From contig LCLX01000001.1 in assembly GCA_001002285.1 (NCBI GenBank), forward strand, positions 192,302 to 256,301: 64,000 nt of DNA, read 5' to 3'. The notes below the pieces were generated by a model that saw only the letters and a program-made list of their open reading frames with translations, was not told the DNA's origin and searched no databases. Shown here in pieces: positions 27,750 to 37,363 of the stretch. A program made the translations under genes and the position numbers. Origin of the DNA: Microgenomates group bacterium GW2011_GWC1_46_15 (GTDB lineage Bacteria; Patescibacteriota; Microgenomatia; UBA1400; UBA12028). How positions within the stretch are numbered: the first letter of the stretch is position 1; each line of letters opens with the position of its first letter.

Positions 27750-28106
27750 ATGGGAAAACGATTGGTAGATGCTGAACCAACCGAACTTCAAGATGAGCGA
27801 AGGGAGTTTTATGCGATGACCGGCGCAAAAGAAACTGAAATACTTGATGCAATTCGACTTCAATTTCCTACAGTTACTCCGCCAGAAAGAATTCTTGCTT
27901 TAATTGCATTAAAAAACGGCTCCGGAACGGTATGTGGTTTTCAACGCAACGGGGGGATAAGTCGTGGTCTTATATCGCAAAATGATCTTGAACGATTTAT
28001 ACAGGAACAACGCCGCAAATTATCTTTACCAGCGGCAACAATAACTAAGCCAAGACCTAAAGCGGGTATGCCCGGGGTTGACTGGTCAATAACAGTTAAA
28101 GTTTAG
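27750..28106 (+). CDS. hypothetical protein
   Basis: ATG with AAAGGAG RBS (the track starts 15 nt earlier at a TTG); no recognised domain. Confidence 0.4.
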   Translation: MGKRLVDAEPTELQDERREFYAMTGAKETEILDAIRLQFPTVTPPERILALIALKNGSGTVCGFQRNGGISRGLISQNDLERFIQEQRRKLSLPAATITKPRPKAGMPGVDWSITVKV

Positions 28107-28113
28107 TCCATTG

Positions 28114-28686
28114 TTATCTCTTATCAAAATGAAATATCTGTGCTCTAAGCATGGCAACAATGGTTGCGGTATCGTGAATTTCTCCACGTTGAATCATTGC
28201 GAGAACTTGTTTACGTGGTTTTGTGAGTATTTCTAAACTTTCTTCATCATCTTGATGTTTTTCTCCAGATTTCAATTTCTGTGCAAGAAAAAAGTGAATT
28301 TGTTGATTTGTAAATCCTGAAGCAGAATATTGCTTGCCAATGTTTGTCCAGACTTCAGCGGAATATCCGGTTTCTTCTTGAAGTTCGCGTTTAGCGGCAT
28401 GAAGAGGGTCTTCACCATCATCAATAAAACCCATCGGAAACTCTAATGAATAACGTTGTGTTCCATACCGAACTTGTCCTGTCATAATAAGCGTCTCATT
28501 GGTGAGAAGAGGAACGATAACAACAAATGAGGGTCTTTCTATCACGGATCGCTCAATAGGTTTTCCGGTTTTTAGAAATATTCCCTTATCAATCCGGAGT
28601 TTTAGCCACCATGTATCGTATAAATATGTTGAAGAAGTAATGTTCCAAGGTGGTGGATGAGAAAAATTGTTTTGACCTTTTTTCAT
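28114..28686 (-). CDS. NUDIX hydrolase (ADP-ribose pyrophosphatase-like)
   Basis: Nudix box GFIDDGEDPLHAAKRELQEETGY. Confidence 0.75.
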   Translation of the reverse strand: MKKGQNNFSHPPPWNITSSTYLYDTWWLKLRIDKGIFLKTGKPIERSVIERPSFVVIVPLLTNETLIMTGQVRYGTQRYSLEFPMGFIDDGEDPLHAAKRELQEETGYSAEVWTNIGKQYSASGFTNQQIHFFLAQKLKSGEKHQDDEESLEILTKPRKQVLAMIQRGEIHDTATIVAMLRAQIFHFDKR

Positions 28687-28704
28687 AAAGGACCACTTGA
28701 TTTT

Positions 28705-29427
28705 CTAAACAGTTTTTGCGAGTTCTTTGTCACGCACGTATGTGGTTGCTTGGTAGAGCGCCTCAAATGTTCCTGTATCAAGCCATTTACCTTTCACCAT
28801 CGCAACTTCCAGCGTTCCTTCCTTGAGGTAAAGGTTGTTTAAATCGGTAATTTCCAACTCGTCACGCGCGGAAGGTTTTAATGATTTTGTCTTTTGCACA
28901 ACGGTGTTGTCATACACATACAGGCCAGTAACGGCGTACGGAGATTTGGGTTGTTTAGGTTTTTCTTCAATAGAAACGGCTTTATTATTCGCGTCAAACT
29001 CAACGACACCAAACCGTTCGGGATCGGGAACTTTAGATGCAAACACTAACGCGCCGGACTTAAAATTGCGAACGGGATTAATAAAATCGTCTTCAAAGAA
29101 GTTGTCACCTAAAATTAACGCGACATTTTCTTTATCAACAAAATTCTCTCCAATAAGAAATGCTTGCGCGAGTCCATTCGGTTTTTCCTGTACTTCGTAC
29201 GAGAATGTACATCCAAAATCTTTCCCGCTTCCCAACAGCTTCACAAAATCACCGGCATGGTCGGGAGCCATGATAATTAAAATCTCGGTAATACCGGCGT
29301 GAATGAGTGTTTCCAATGGAAAATAAATCATCGGTTTGTTGTACAGAGGGAGCAGTTGTTTACTGGTGACTTTCGTAAGAGGGGCAAGCCGCGTTCCTGC
29401 GCCTCCTGCCAAAATAATGCCGCGCAT
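28705..29427 (-). CDS. rmlA: glucose-1-phosphate thymidylyltransferase-like sugar nucleotidyltransferase (RmlA family, short form)
   Basis: MRGIILAGGAGTRLAPLTKVTSKQLLPLYNKPMIYFPLETL matches the RmlA N-terminus nearly residue for residue. Confidence 0.8.
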   Translation of the reverse strand: MRGIILAGGAGTRLAPLTKVTSKQLLPLYNKPMIYFPLETLIHAGITEILIIMAPDHAGDFVKLLGSGKDFGCTFSYEVQEKPNGLAQAFLIGENFVDKENVALILGDNFFEDDFINPVRNFKSGALVFASKVPDPERFGVVEFDANNKAVSIEEKPKQPKSPYAVTGLYVYDNTVVQKTKSLKPSARDELEITDLNNLYLKEGTLEVAMVKGKWLDTGTFEALYQATTYVRDKELAKTV

Positions 29428-29445
29428 ATCATCCTCCTGAATTTC

Positions 29446-29703
29446 TTACAGCGTAAGCAGAAATAAGACTGATCCTGCAAACAAACTGACAAAGAAATAT
29501 TCTAACACAATCCGGGCAGTAAGTGACTTTTCATTGCGATGATGCATGATGCCCCATAAAAAGTAGGCGAGCGAAATTGCAAGGGCAAAAGATTGTTGAA
29601 GCAACACATTTGGCCAGACCGCGAAAAAGCCAAAGAAAAATACCGCGAGAACGCATACAAGAATTAAATAATCGGCCGGATGTTTGTGTAGTTCTTTAAA
29701 CAT
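29446..29703 (-). CDS. small integral membrane protein
   Basis: 85 aa, three hydrophobic helices. Confidence 0.35.
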   Translation of the reverse strand: MFKELHKHPADYLILVCVLAVFFFGFFAVWPNVLLQQSFALAISLAYFLWGIMHHRNEKSLTARIVLEYFFVSLFAGSVLFLLTL

Positions 29704-29734
29704 AGTATTTTACGTGCTTTACGGTAAAGTGCCT

Positions 29735-30625
29735 CTAAAGCAGTGAACCCCCCTTGAATACAATGACAATAATGATAATGGTAATGAAGAGCGCAATGTG
29801 CGCAAGGTTTTTTCCAACAACACGGACGGTTTTCTTGTAGTGTGCGACAAACATGTCATAGATCAACACTGCCAATAATAGACCTAACATAGCAAGGAAG
29901 ACTGATTTTGAAACTTGCAGTGGTGAAAATGTTGGTGTTGAGTCTGTAGTTGTAGTTGTTGAGGTGACTTTTCGTAACGGGGTGGGTTCTGGAGCTGATT
30001 CTTTTGCAAAAACGGCGATAGCGGAGCCAGCATTCCCAACTTCCGCCTTTTTATTAGCAGGTGCGCCAAACATCTGCACAACTAATGTTGTTTCCACTCC
30101 CTGATACTTTCCATCTATCACCGCGATGCCCGTGTCAGAGTATGTGTTTTGAACAATGTTTGCCCTATGAGTGGGCGAAGCCATCCATGCGGTAACCATG
30201 CTATCGGTATCGCCAAAGTCTCGCGCTAAGTTTTCTCCGGCAATACTATACGAGTACCCCGATTTTTGAATAAACACCCAAGGCGTTGTTCCGTCTGGGG
30301 CGGAGTGTGCCCAGTACTGTTTCAAAAACATATCTGATGCTTTAGAAAGTGCGGCCTGCGTAAGGAGAGCGTTGTTTTGCAGAGGCTTGAGGTCCGCACG
30401 CTCACGCTCTGCATTAATATCTTGCAAGACCTGACTTGCGGTAATATTTGAAGCGTATCCAAGAACATAGCCTGAGGAGTTAAACAATGGTGGCGTCGTT
30501 TTCAAAAAGACGTGAAACACAAGGACAAGCGTGGTAAGGACAAAAAAACCCTCGGGGTGAAGAAGTCGTGGCCGGTGGTTATTTGTGTGCCTTGGTGTAA
30601 AGAGATGGGCGAGCAGGTCAAACAT
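29735..30625 (-). CDS. membrane-anchored CAP/SCP (PR-1-like) domain protein
   Basis: YWAHSAPDGTTPW...SIAGENLA...HRANIV resembles bacterial SCP/CAP (YkwD-like) domains; TM segments at both ends. Confidence 0.55.
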   Translation of the reverse strand: MFDLLAHLFTPRHTNNHRPRLLHPEGFFVLTTLVLVFHVFLKTTPPLFNSSGYVLGYASNITASQVLQDINAERERADLKPLQNNALLTQAALSKASDMFLKQYWAHSAPDGTTPWVFIQKSGYSYSIAGENLARDFGDTDSMVTAWMASPTHRANIVQNTYSDTGIAVIDGKYQGVETTLVVQMFGAPANKKAEVGNAGSAIAVFAKESAPEPTPLRKVTSTTTTTDSTPTFSPLQVSKSVFLAMLGLLLAVLIYDMFVAHYKKTVRVVGKNLAHIALFITIIIIVIVFKGGSLL

Positions 30626-30632
30626 GAATTCA

Positions 30633-31271
30633 TCATAACACGTTGAGTTTGTGTTTTTTCTTGAGGATTACTATAGCAAGCGTGGTTATTATGGTTACAA
30701 AAATGATACCGATGAATACGGCGACAAAAAGAGGCTGTTTATGTAGGAGGGGTGGAACTGTTTGGAGTTCTTGTGTAGTCTGTTCTCCAAGAACTTGCGG
30801 TGATGGGGGTGGAAGTGTTGGTTTGGGAAACTGGAAAACGGTTCGTGGTGTTGGTTGTAGAGATGGAACAGGAGTTTGTGTGGGCGATGGACTAGGTTCT
30901 GACACCACATTTTTTTCAACACCTGTCGTAATATCAAAAGAAACATTTTTCAATTGGTATTTGAGATCAATGTCTTTGCTGATGGTAAACTCAAGGATAA
31001 ATTGGCGGTCCGCATGTGCGGGGATTGTGGAAAGCGTTTGATTTCCATCGTGTTGAAACTCAGCGAGTGTTTGTGAAGGAATGGGGAGCTGTGCATCGTT
31101 TTCATCGAGAAATGCAATAGAAACGTATTGGGCAGAGCCTTGTAATAGTTCATGTATGTTGCTGAACTCAACTGCACCCATCACCTCACTATCCAGTGTG
31201 TTGTGGACAATAACGGACTGGCGTGATGTTACTCCAGGTCTTAACGATTGGAGTGTGAATGATGTGCTCAT
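30633..31271 (-). CDS. hypothetical cell-surface protein, C-terminal TM anchor, Pro-rich stalk
   Basis: PSPSPTQTPVPSLQPTP...LPPPSPQ followed by a hydrophobic helix and a KKKHK stop-transfer. Confidence 0.4.
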   Translation of the reverse strand: MSTSFTLQSLRPGVTSRQSVIVHNTLDSEVMGAVEFSNIHELLQGSAQYVSIAFLDENDAQLPIPSQTLAEFQHDGNQTLSTIPAHADRQFILEFTISKDIDLKYQLKNVSFDITTGVEKNVVSEPSPSPTQTPVPSLQPTPRTVFQFPKPTLPPPSPQVLGEQTTQELQTVPPLLHKQPLFVAVFIGIIFVTIITTLAIVILKKKHKLNVL

Positions 31272-32437
31272 CCTTCCTCCTGTATGTCTGAATGGTTGCC
31301 GAACGCATCTTGACTGATGATGGCAAAATAATATTGTGTGTTGGGATCGAAGTTGTTGATAAACAATGTTTCCTCCGCTTCAGGAATAAGCGGGCTATGA
31401 AAACTTTCTTGTGTTTGTTCTACGCGCGTCAGCGTTGAGAGATTTGTTTCATGTGTGATCGGAGTTGGTGATGCGTAGAGTTCGTATTTTGAAATGTTTC
31501 CAAAATCATCGGAAGGTGTTGTAAACTCAAGCACATACTCGCCGTTGCCAGCATTCATTGTTGAAAGAAAACGGATTGGTTGAGGGGCAACGTTATTAAA
31601 TGAAGCGGGGATATGTAACGATTCCTCTTTGTTTTGACTGAAATCCTCACTCCAAAAAGTGAGAGTGTTATTTTCAGGATTTTGCGTAAGCGTAAAAGGA
31701 GGTGCTACTGGTATTGGTTGAGTAAAAGAGGAATATTGAATGAACGATATTGATTGTTGAAGGTCATCAATAAGAAATGTGAGTTGTGTTGAAGGATTTG
31801 CGAGAATAGGTATCGTTGTTACGTGTGAAAATTCAACCCATGATGGATTTTCGTTATCTCCAGTGTTGCCTGCTGAAAATGTAATAAGAAGATGGTCTTC
31901 AGAAAACTGTGTGAGATCAATACGTACTGTTTGTACTTCTGTTGAACCATTATGAATATCTTCCGCGCGGATTTGAAATACTTGTTTGTCATTGATCCGT
32001 ACCTCAAACGCAGGATCGTCAAAACCCGCGCTTTGTTCTGTTGTAAATATTTGATACGTAAACGTGAGAGTTTTTGCAGTATTTGGAATAAGTTGGGCGA
32101 CTGAACTGTGTTCAGCCAGTATCGAGTGTTCCGAGCCAATTTGAACAAGATGATCTTTAGTCTCAACTTCTCCGTGAATATCCCACCCCTGTGTTCCATC
32201 TACAAAATCACCATTCACAATGAGCTCCTGAAAAGGAGTCGGATTGTTCGAGACATATTGATACGCAATGTGTGTTTTCGGTGGTGTCCAATCATCAAAT
32301 GAAAGTGTGTTATTCCTGATTGTTTCACTTGGTACGAACATTGCAGTTACTTGAGAAGGGAAACCAACAAACCAGGCTAAAAGCACAAGCATAATCATGA
32401 GGGTCATACATAACACTGTACTGCCGAGAACAAACAA
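31268..32437 (-). CDS. hypothetical secreted protein (N-terminal signal/TM), possible Ig/FN3-like repeats
   Basis: N-terminal hydrophobic segment; beta-rich composition; 4-nt overlap with the downstream gene suggests an operon with 30633..31271. Confidence 0.4.
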   Translation of the reverse strand: MFVLGSTVLCMTLMIMLVLLAWFVGFPSQVTAMFVPSETIRNNTLSFDDWTPPKTHIAYQYVSNNPTPFQELIVNGDFVDGTQGWDIHGEVETKDHLVQIGSEHSILAEHSSVAQLIPNTAKTLTFTYQIFTTEQSAGFDDPAFEVRINDKQVFQIRAEDIHNGSTEVQTVRIDLTQFSEDHLLITFSAGNTGDNENPSWVEFSHVTTIPILANPSTQLTFLIDDLQQSISFIQYSSFTQPIPVAPPFTLTQNPENNTLTFWSEDFSQNKEESLHIPASFNNVAPQPIRFLSTMNAGNGEYVLEFTTPSDDFGNISKYELYASPTPITHETNLSTLTRVEQTQESFHSPLIPEAEETLFINNFDPNTQYYFAIISQDAFGNHSDIQEEG

Positions 32438-32496
32438 TCACCTTACGAAAACCAAACTACTCAAACATGGTAAAATACCTCTGTAATTCTTGATTT

Positions 32497-32570
32497 GGCC
32501 CCATCGTCTAGTGGCCTAGGACGTCAGGTTCTCATCCTGAAGATCCCCGGTTCGAATCCGGGTGGGGTCA
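32497..32570 (+). tRNA. tRNA-Glu: tRNA-Glu (anticodon CUC)
   Basis: GGCCCCA acceptor; D-arm TCGTCTAGTGGCCTAGGAC typical of tRNA-Glu; anticodon arm TCAGG-TTCTCAT-CCTGA; T-arm CCCGG-TTCGAAT-CCGGG. Preceded by a TGGTAAAAT extended -10. Confidence 0.8.
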
Positions 32571-32580
32571 CAGAGTATTT

Positions 32581-33000
32581 ATGAAAAAATTACTGATTTT
32601 AGCTTGCATTGTTCTATTTGCTCTTCTCCTGGTGATACGCTCAAATCAAAGTACGACAATCCCTTCGGAGGGGGATGATGCTCAAGAAATAACAAAAGAA
32701 AAAGCTATTGCCCTAATACAAAAGAAGTTTCCAGAAGTAAAAAACATTAAAGAAAATCCAAATATTACAATTGGCATGACCATGTATATCCGTACCACAC
32801 AAAAAGACAATTTTTGGAAGCTATTATTTTGGCAAGGGTCAGGGGACTGTGAGGCGGGATGTTTAAATGATCACGAGTGGTATTTTATTGTGAAAAGTGA
32901 CAGTTCTGTAGAGAAAGTCGGAGAGTTTGAGAGAATTTTTAATTCAAGAAAAAATGGATCTGATGAAAAGGGAATGCGGATTGCAAACTTTTTAGAGTAA
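32581..33000 (+). CDS. hypothetical secreted protein
   Basis: N-terminal signal-like hydrophobic segment; no domain recognised. Confidence 0.4.
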   Translation: MKKLLILACIVLFALLLVIRSNQSTTIPSEGDDAQEITKEKAIALIQKKFPEVKNIKENPNITIGMTMYIRTTQKDNFWKLLFWQGSGDCEAGCLNDHEWYFIVKSDSSVEKVGEFERIFNSRKNGSDEKGMRIANFLE

Positions 33001-33144
33001 AATAAGGAGTAATAATTATCTATGTTAGAAAAAAGTCCCCATCCTTACGACATACGCGATACATTTGACCAAGAAATTCAGGACTGTGTTTAACAATATC
33101 CAGATCATGAAAAATGGGGAACTCCTTTCAGCGCGGTATACCGT

Positions 33145-33405
33145 ATGACAAATAATGCAGGACATCCTCATGATGAGAAGGCAAGGCATCTACTAGAAGA
33201 AGATGTTATCAAGGCTATTGACGTAAGAACGCCCGCGGCAGTAATAAGGTTTGCTTTGCAGAAAGCGTTAGAATGGCGCAAAGTACTTATTAAAGAAAAA
33301 GGCCGCTCCGAATGGAGTAGAATGCAACCGATAGAATTAAGGATATTAAAGGTGAGATTGATCGGAAAAATCTCTGGAGGCGCTCTTAGGGAAATTTTTG
33401 GTTGA
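33145..33405 (+). CDS. hypothetical small protein
   Basis: 86-aa ORF in an AT-rich, low-density islet after tRNA-Glu. Confidence 0.3.
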   Translation: MTNNAGHPHDEKARHLLEEDVIKAIDVRTPAAVIRFALQKALEWRKVLIKEKGRSEWSRMQPIELRILKVRLIGKISGGALREIFG

Positions 33406-33418
33406 AGAATAAAAAATA

Positions 33419-33646
33419 ATGATGAACAATCCGAAAAATCAGACAACAGACACGATTGTTGAGTCCCTTTTAAGTAATACGAGTAGGCAGTACACGGAGT
33501 CCGCACATGCTGAGATTTTCCGCCGGCTTATCAACACAATGAAAGAGTTTAACGACAAAACTGAACGTATAGAAAAAGTGATGCTATATCTTGCGGTGGC
33601 TCAAGTGGTGCTGGCGGTTACACAGATTATTGTTGCGATACGGTGA
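33419..33646 (+). CDS. hypothetical small protein with C-terminal TM helix
   Basis: 75 aa; C-terminal VMLYLAVAQVVLAVTQIIVAI hydrophobic helix. Confidence 0.3.
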   Translation: MMNNPKNQTTDTIVESLLSNTSRQYTESAHAEIFRRLINTMKEFNDKTERIEKVMLYLAVAQVVLAVTQIIVAIR

Positions 33647-33687
33647 TTGAAGTTTAGCTCGTTCTGGACTACAATCAGAAAAAATAT

Positions 33688-33936
33688 ATGCCACCTCGCT
33701 CTCGTGCAGAATATTTATTGAGAGAAGAGAAAAGGGATTTTTCATTAAGTGTCTCTAGTGTTGGACGCCCCCTTCGACTAGTACAAGAACACCCAAACGT
33801 TCGGATTAATGTTTTGAGGGATCGTTTATATCGGGATATTCAACGGCAAAAGCCGGAATTAGCAGAAAAAATTCGTCCCAGATGGTCCAAAATGACCATT
33901 GCCGAGTTGCAAGAACTCCTTTTATCTCCAAAGTAA
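33688..33936 (+). CDS. hypothetical small basic protein
   Basis: 82 aa, Arg/Lys-rich. Confidence 0.3.
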   Translation: MPPRSRAEYLLREEKRDFSLSVSSVGRPLRLVQEHPNVRINVLRDRLYRDIQRQKPELAEKIRPRWSKMTIAELQELLLSPK

Positions 33937-34785
33937 CTACCCTTCTCCCTGCTCTTGCATCAGCGTCGCCATCTCTCTCCGTACGGCCTGCGCTTCGAGC
34001 ATCGTTAAACCAAGCTCGTTGAGTGTGCTTTGCTGCTGTTCCAAGTCCCGCACCATCACAATATTCTTATTTAACAACGCCTGTTTGTGCGACTGCGATA
34101 ACGTGGTGAGCGAAGTAATGGGGTGAAGATGTGATTCCTCGATCATGTCCTGCAGGCTCCCGTGTTCGGGGTAGTTCCAACCGAGAACTTTCATGCCAAC
34201 ACACTGAGCATACTCCAACGCATCGGCAGTACATTTTGTGTTGGTGACAAGCCAAGCCTGATGGGTATCATTCTGTTCTTCAGGAGGTTCTTGTTTTTTC
34301 CACGCATTCAAAATATCTAAATACCTCGCCTGCACATACAAACTCACTTTTACATCCGACCGCAGGCCTGGTTCGTTGTGGAACTTGCACTCAATCATGT
34401 AATGCTCATGCCCTTTTTTTGCCAACACATCAACTTCATGGCTTACGCATGTGCCGCGCACAACAGTACCGACTTGAACAACATACCCTTGGCGTTCCAA
34501 CAGCGCTCCTATATAGCGTTCAAACGGATACCCGCTGGGGCCAAGCTCCATAATAGCTTGTTTGAGATTATACCGTGGTGCTCCTTCTGGATACGCGGAC
34601 ATAAAAAAGTTTTGCACATGTTGATAAATCTCGCGGGTAGGAATGCCGGGATATAACGAAGACATGATTTGGCGTACAACGGCGTCGTGGTGCTTTTGTG
34701 GAATGTGCGCGCGACGCAACGACCGACGAAGCTTGTGTTCATCGAATGGTTCACGCCGACCATCAGCCTTAATAATGTCAATCAT
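33937..34785 (-). CDS. ATP-cone domain fused to restriction-endonuclease-like (Mrr_cat) domain protein
   Basis: N-terminal MIDIIKADGRREPFDEHKLRRSLRR (ATP-cone as in NrdR). C-terminal FERYIGALLERQGYVVQ...HEVDVLAKKG...IECK matches the Mrr-type PD-(D/E)xK catalytic core pattern (D...E.K). Confidence 0.55.
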   Translation of the reverse strand: MIDIIKADGRREPFDEHKLRRSLRRAHIPQKHHDAVVRQIMSSLYPGIPTREIYQHVQNFFMSAYPEGAPRYNLKQAIMELGPSGYPFERYIGALLERQGYVVQVGTVVRGTCVSHEVDVLAKKGHEHYMIECKFHNEPGLRSDVKVSLYVQARYLDILNAWKKQEPPEEQNDTHQAWLVTNTKCTADALEYAQCVGMKVLGWNYPEHGSLQDMIEESHLHPITSLTTLSQSHKQALLNKNIVMVRDLEQQQSTLNELGLTMLEAQAVRREMATLMQEQGEG

Positions 34786-34788
34786 AGT

Positions 34789-35712
34789 TCAGCAATATTG
34801 TTTAAGCGTATCTACTGATTTTTTCAAGTTAACCTGCTCCCCGTCCGACAAGCTTAGATGTAGTACGCTTTCCACGCCTTGTGACCCAAGCACACACGGA
34901 ACACTCAACGACACCCCGCTATGCCCATAGTAGTTGTCCAGCGGAACGGAGAGCGGGAAAATTGTTTTTGCATCAGAAAACATTGTCTGCATAATCTTTG
35001 TTGCCACAACACCGATCGCGTAATACGTTGCGCCTTTTGACTCGATAATCGTATACGCAGCCTTTTTTGTTTTTTCGTGCGCTTCTTGAATTTTTTCGCG
35101 CGTAACTCCAGGAAAATCGAGTAGTCGAATTCCGCCAACCGTCGCATACTCGTACACGGGGAACGAACTGTCGCCATGTTCGCCCAGCACATACGCGTGA
35201 ATGCTTTTTGGATCAACATGAATAATGTCTGAAATATACGATCGGAAGCGGGCGGTATCTAACATAGTGCCGGAGCCAAAAATACGACCGCTTGCGTGTG
35301 GAGCAATTCCATGTGCGAGATTGACCAATACATCAACAGGGTTTGCTATAATAAGGATGACAGCGGTGGGATTGGTAGATAGAACTTTCGGCAGAATATC
35401 TTTTAAAATGGCTTCGTTTTTTTTGCAGAGGTCCAACCGTGTTTCTCCCGGCGCTTGAGCCGCGCCCGCAGTAATGACAACCAAATGTGCTTCCGCGAGA
35501 TCAGCATAGTCGTCCGTTGCAACAATATTGACGTAGTCTAAAAACGGAAGCGCGTGTTCGAGGTCCAGCTTTTCCCCGACCGCTTTCTTTTTATCCCGCG
35601 CAAGCAAAATAATATCGGTTGGCGTACCGTCGAGCATCATGGCGTACGCAACCGTGGCACCAACCTTGCCGATACCCACGACAGCCACTTTGAACGAGCA
35701 GGCAATGTTCAT
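34789..35712 (-). CDS. L-lactate/malate dehydrogenase
   Basis: KVAVVGIGKVGATVAYA Rossmann motif; LGEHGDS LDH/MDH signature; ends in TGA. Confidence 0.85.
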   Translation of the reverse strand: MNIACSFKVAVVGIGKVGATVAYAMMLDGTPTDIILLARDKKKAVGEKLDLEHALPFLDYVNIVATDDYADLAEAHLVVITAGAAQAPGETRLDLCKKNEAILKDILPKVLSTNPTAVILIIANPVDVLVNLAHGIAPHASGRIFGSGTMLDTARFRSYISDIIHVDPKSIHAYVLGEHGDSSFPVYEYATVGGIRLLDFPGVTREKIQEAHEKTKKAAYTIIESKGATYYAIGVVATKIMQTMFSDAKTIFPLSVPLDNYYGHSGVSLSVPCVLGSQGVESVLHLSLSDGEQVNLKKSVDTLKQYC

Positions 35713-35730
35713 ATTTCTACTGTAGCTCAG

Positions 35731-36381
35731 TTATCTTGGCGAAACAACACCGACACGCTTGCAATAGCGGGCGATAGGACAACGCGAACACCACGGGTGA
35801 AGCGGCCGGCATATATCCTGCCCATGCCGAACAAACACGCGGTTTACATCATGAATATATTGGCGGGGGATGAGCTTGGTGAGCGCGCGCTCAGTTTCTT
35901 CCGGCGTTTTTGTGTTGGTCCAGCCCAGGCGGTGTGCAATACGGTGTACGTGAACATCAACAGCAATCTGTGGTGTGTTGAAAAATAATGTCAGCATGAT
36001 GTTTGCAGTTTTTCTGCCAACCTGCGGAAGTGCTAAAAGGTCCACTTCGGTTGAAGGAACTTTGCCATTGTGCTTAGCGATGAGCGCGTGTGAAAGTTTT
36101 TGCAACGCTGTTGCTTTTGCGTGATAAAAACCAATGGGTTTAACCATGTTTTCAAGTGTTTTAACTGGGAGATTAGCCAGTTTTTGCGGAGTTGGTGCAA
36201 GAGTAAAAAGATTTTTTGCGACAGGAATCGTCATTGCATCCGTTGCGCGTTGGGACAACACTACCGCAACGAGCATCTGAAACGAGTCATGTTTGAACGC
36301 CTCATGCATTGGGTGGGTAACGTATGTTCGGCGCAAGATATCCATAACGGTAGACGCATCTTGCGGAGAGGGTGTTCGCAT
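35731..36381 (-). CDS. nth: endonuclease III (DNA-(apurinic or apyrimidinic site) lyase)
   Basis: HhH-GPD LLALPQVGRKTANIML and C-terminal 4Fe-4S cluster CRPLHPWCSRCPIARYC (C-X6-C-X2-C-X5-C). Confidence 0.85.
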   Translation of the reverse strand: MRTPSPQDASTVMDILRRTYVTHPMHEAFKHDSFQMLVAVVLSQRATDAMTIPVAKNLFTLAPTPQKLANLPVKTLENMVKPIGFYHAKATALQKLSHALIAKHNGKVPSTEVDLLALPQVGRKTANIMLTLFFNTPQIAVDVHVHRIAHRLGWTNTKTPEETERALTKLIPRQYIHDVNRVFVRHGQDICRPLHPWCSRCPIARYCKRVGVVSPR

Positions 36382-36413
36382 GGCATGATTGTACCAGAAC
36401 TCGAGGAATATAT

Positions 36414-36989
36414 ATGAAGATATTGATTGCTACCCACAATGCGGGAAAAAAGAAAGAAATTCAGCAGATTCTTGGTGGTGCGGTTGAGGTGTTAAATCTC
36501 GATGACATTGCTATTGTTGTTCCCGAGCCGGAAGAAACGGGAAGCACATACGAGGAGAATGCGCTTATCAAGGCCCGCCACGCCGGCGATCTTTCAAGTT
36601 TGATTACTATTGCCGATGATTCCGGGTTGGAAGTTGAGGCGTTGCCCGGTGAGCTCGGTGTAAAAACCGCACGATATGGTCCAGGGAGTGATGCTGATCG
36701 TTACACGAAATTATTGCGTGCGATGAGCGGCATAGCACAACGAAAAGCGAAGTTTGTCAGCTGTATTGTGTTGTATGATCCAAAAGACAAAACTTCTCAT
36801 ACTTTTTTGGGTGAAATGCCCGGCTCCATTGCGCACGAGCCGCGCGGAACGAACGGATTCGGATATGATCCAGTGTTTATTCCAGAAGGCTACGACCAAA
36901 CCTTTGCAGAACTTGGCACAGAAGTAAAAAATACAATCTCACATCGGGCAAAAGCGTTGGAGAAGTTAAAAGAGTTTATGGTAAAATAA
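36414..36989 (+). CDS. rdgB: dITP/XTP pyrophosphatase (Ham1/RdgB family)
   Basis: MKILIATHNAGKKKEI and GFGYDPVFIPEGYDQTFAEL. The start is placed at the ATG 42 nt downstream of the track start. Confidence 0.8.
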   Translation: MKILIATHNAGKKKEIQQILGGAVEVLNLDDIAIVVPEPEETGSTYEENALIKARHAGDLSSLITIADDSGLEVEALPGELGVKTARYGPGSDADRYTKLLRAMSGIAQRKAKFVSCIVLYDPKDKTSHTFLGEMPGSIAHEPRGTNGFGYDPVFIPEGYDQTFAELGTEVKNTISHRAKALEKLKEFMVK

Positions 36990-37007
36990 AGGAGAAAGGA
37001 AGGATAT

Positions 37008-37352
37008 ATGGCAGAGGAAAAGAAAAAGGGAGATGCTGAAAAATCAATTCAAGCCTTTAATGCATGGATTGATGATGTTGTAAATTACGGAAGGAAAGTA
37101 AATGAGAATTTTATTGCAGTTGATGCTGGAGGCTCTGTAGTACATTCTGGATATAAGTTATCGGAATTTAAAACAAAATTAGATTTGTTTGAAAAACTAG
37201 ACACGATAGGTTTGAATAGCAAAGATATTGAAGCGGTTCGCGCACAAGTCCTGATTCTCACTAGACAGGATTCAAAAGATCCAAATGTTGGATATGACAC
37301 TGATGTTGTTGGAGAAACACTAAATAAGCTTTCGTTATTAAGAAAAAAGTAA
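37008..37352 (+). CDS. hypothetical protein
   Basis: 114-aa ORF with GGAG RBS; no recognised domain. Confidence 0.4.
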   Translation: MAEEKKKGDAEKSIQAFNAWIDDVVNYGRKVNENFIAVDAGGSVVHSGYKLSEFKTKLDLFEKLDTIGLNSKDIEAVRAQVLILTRQDSKDPNVGYDTDVVGETLNKLSLLRKK

Positions 37353-37363
37353 GCTTCTTCTGT

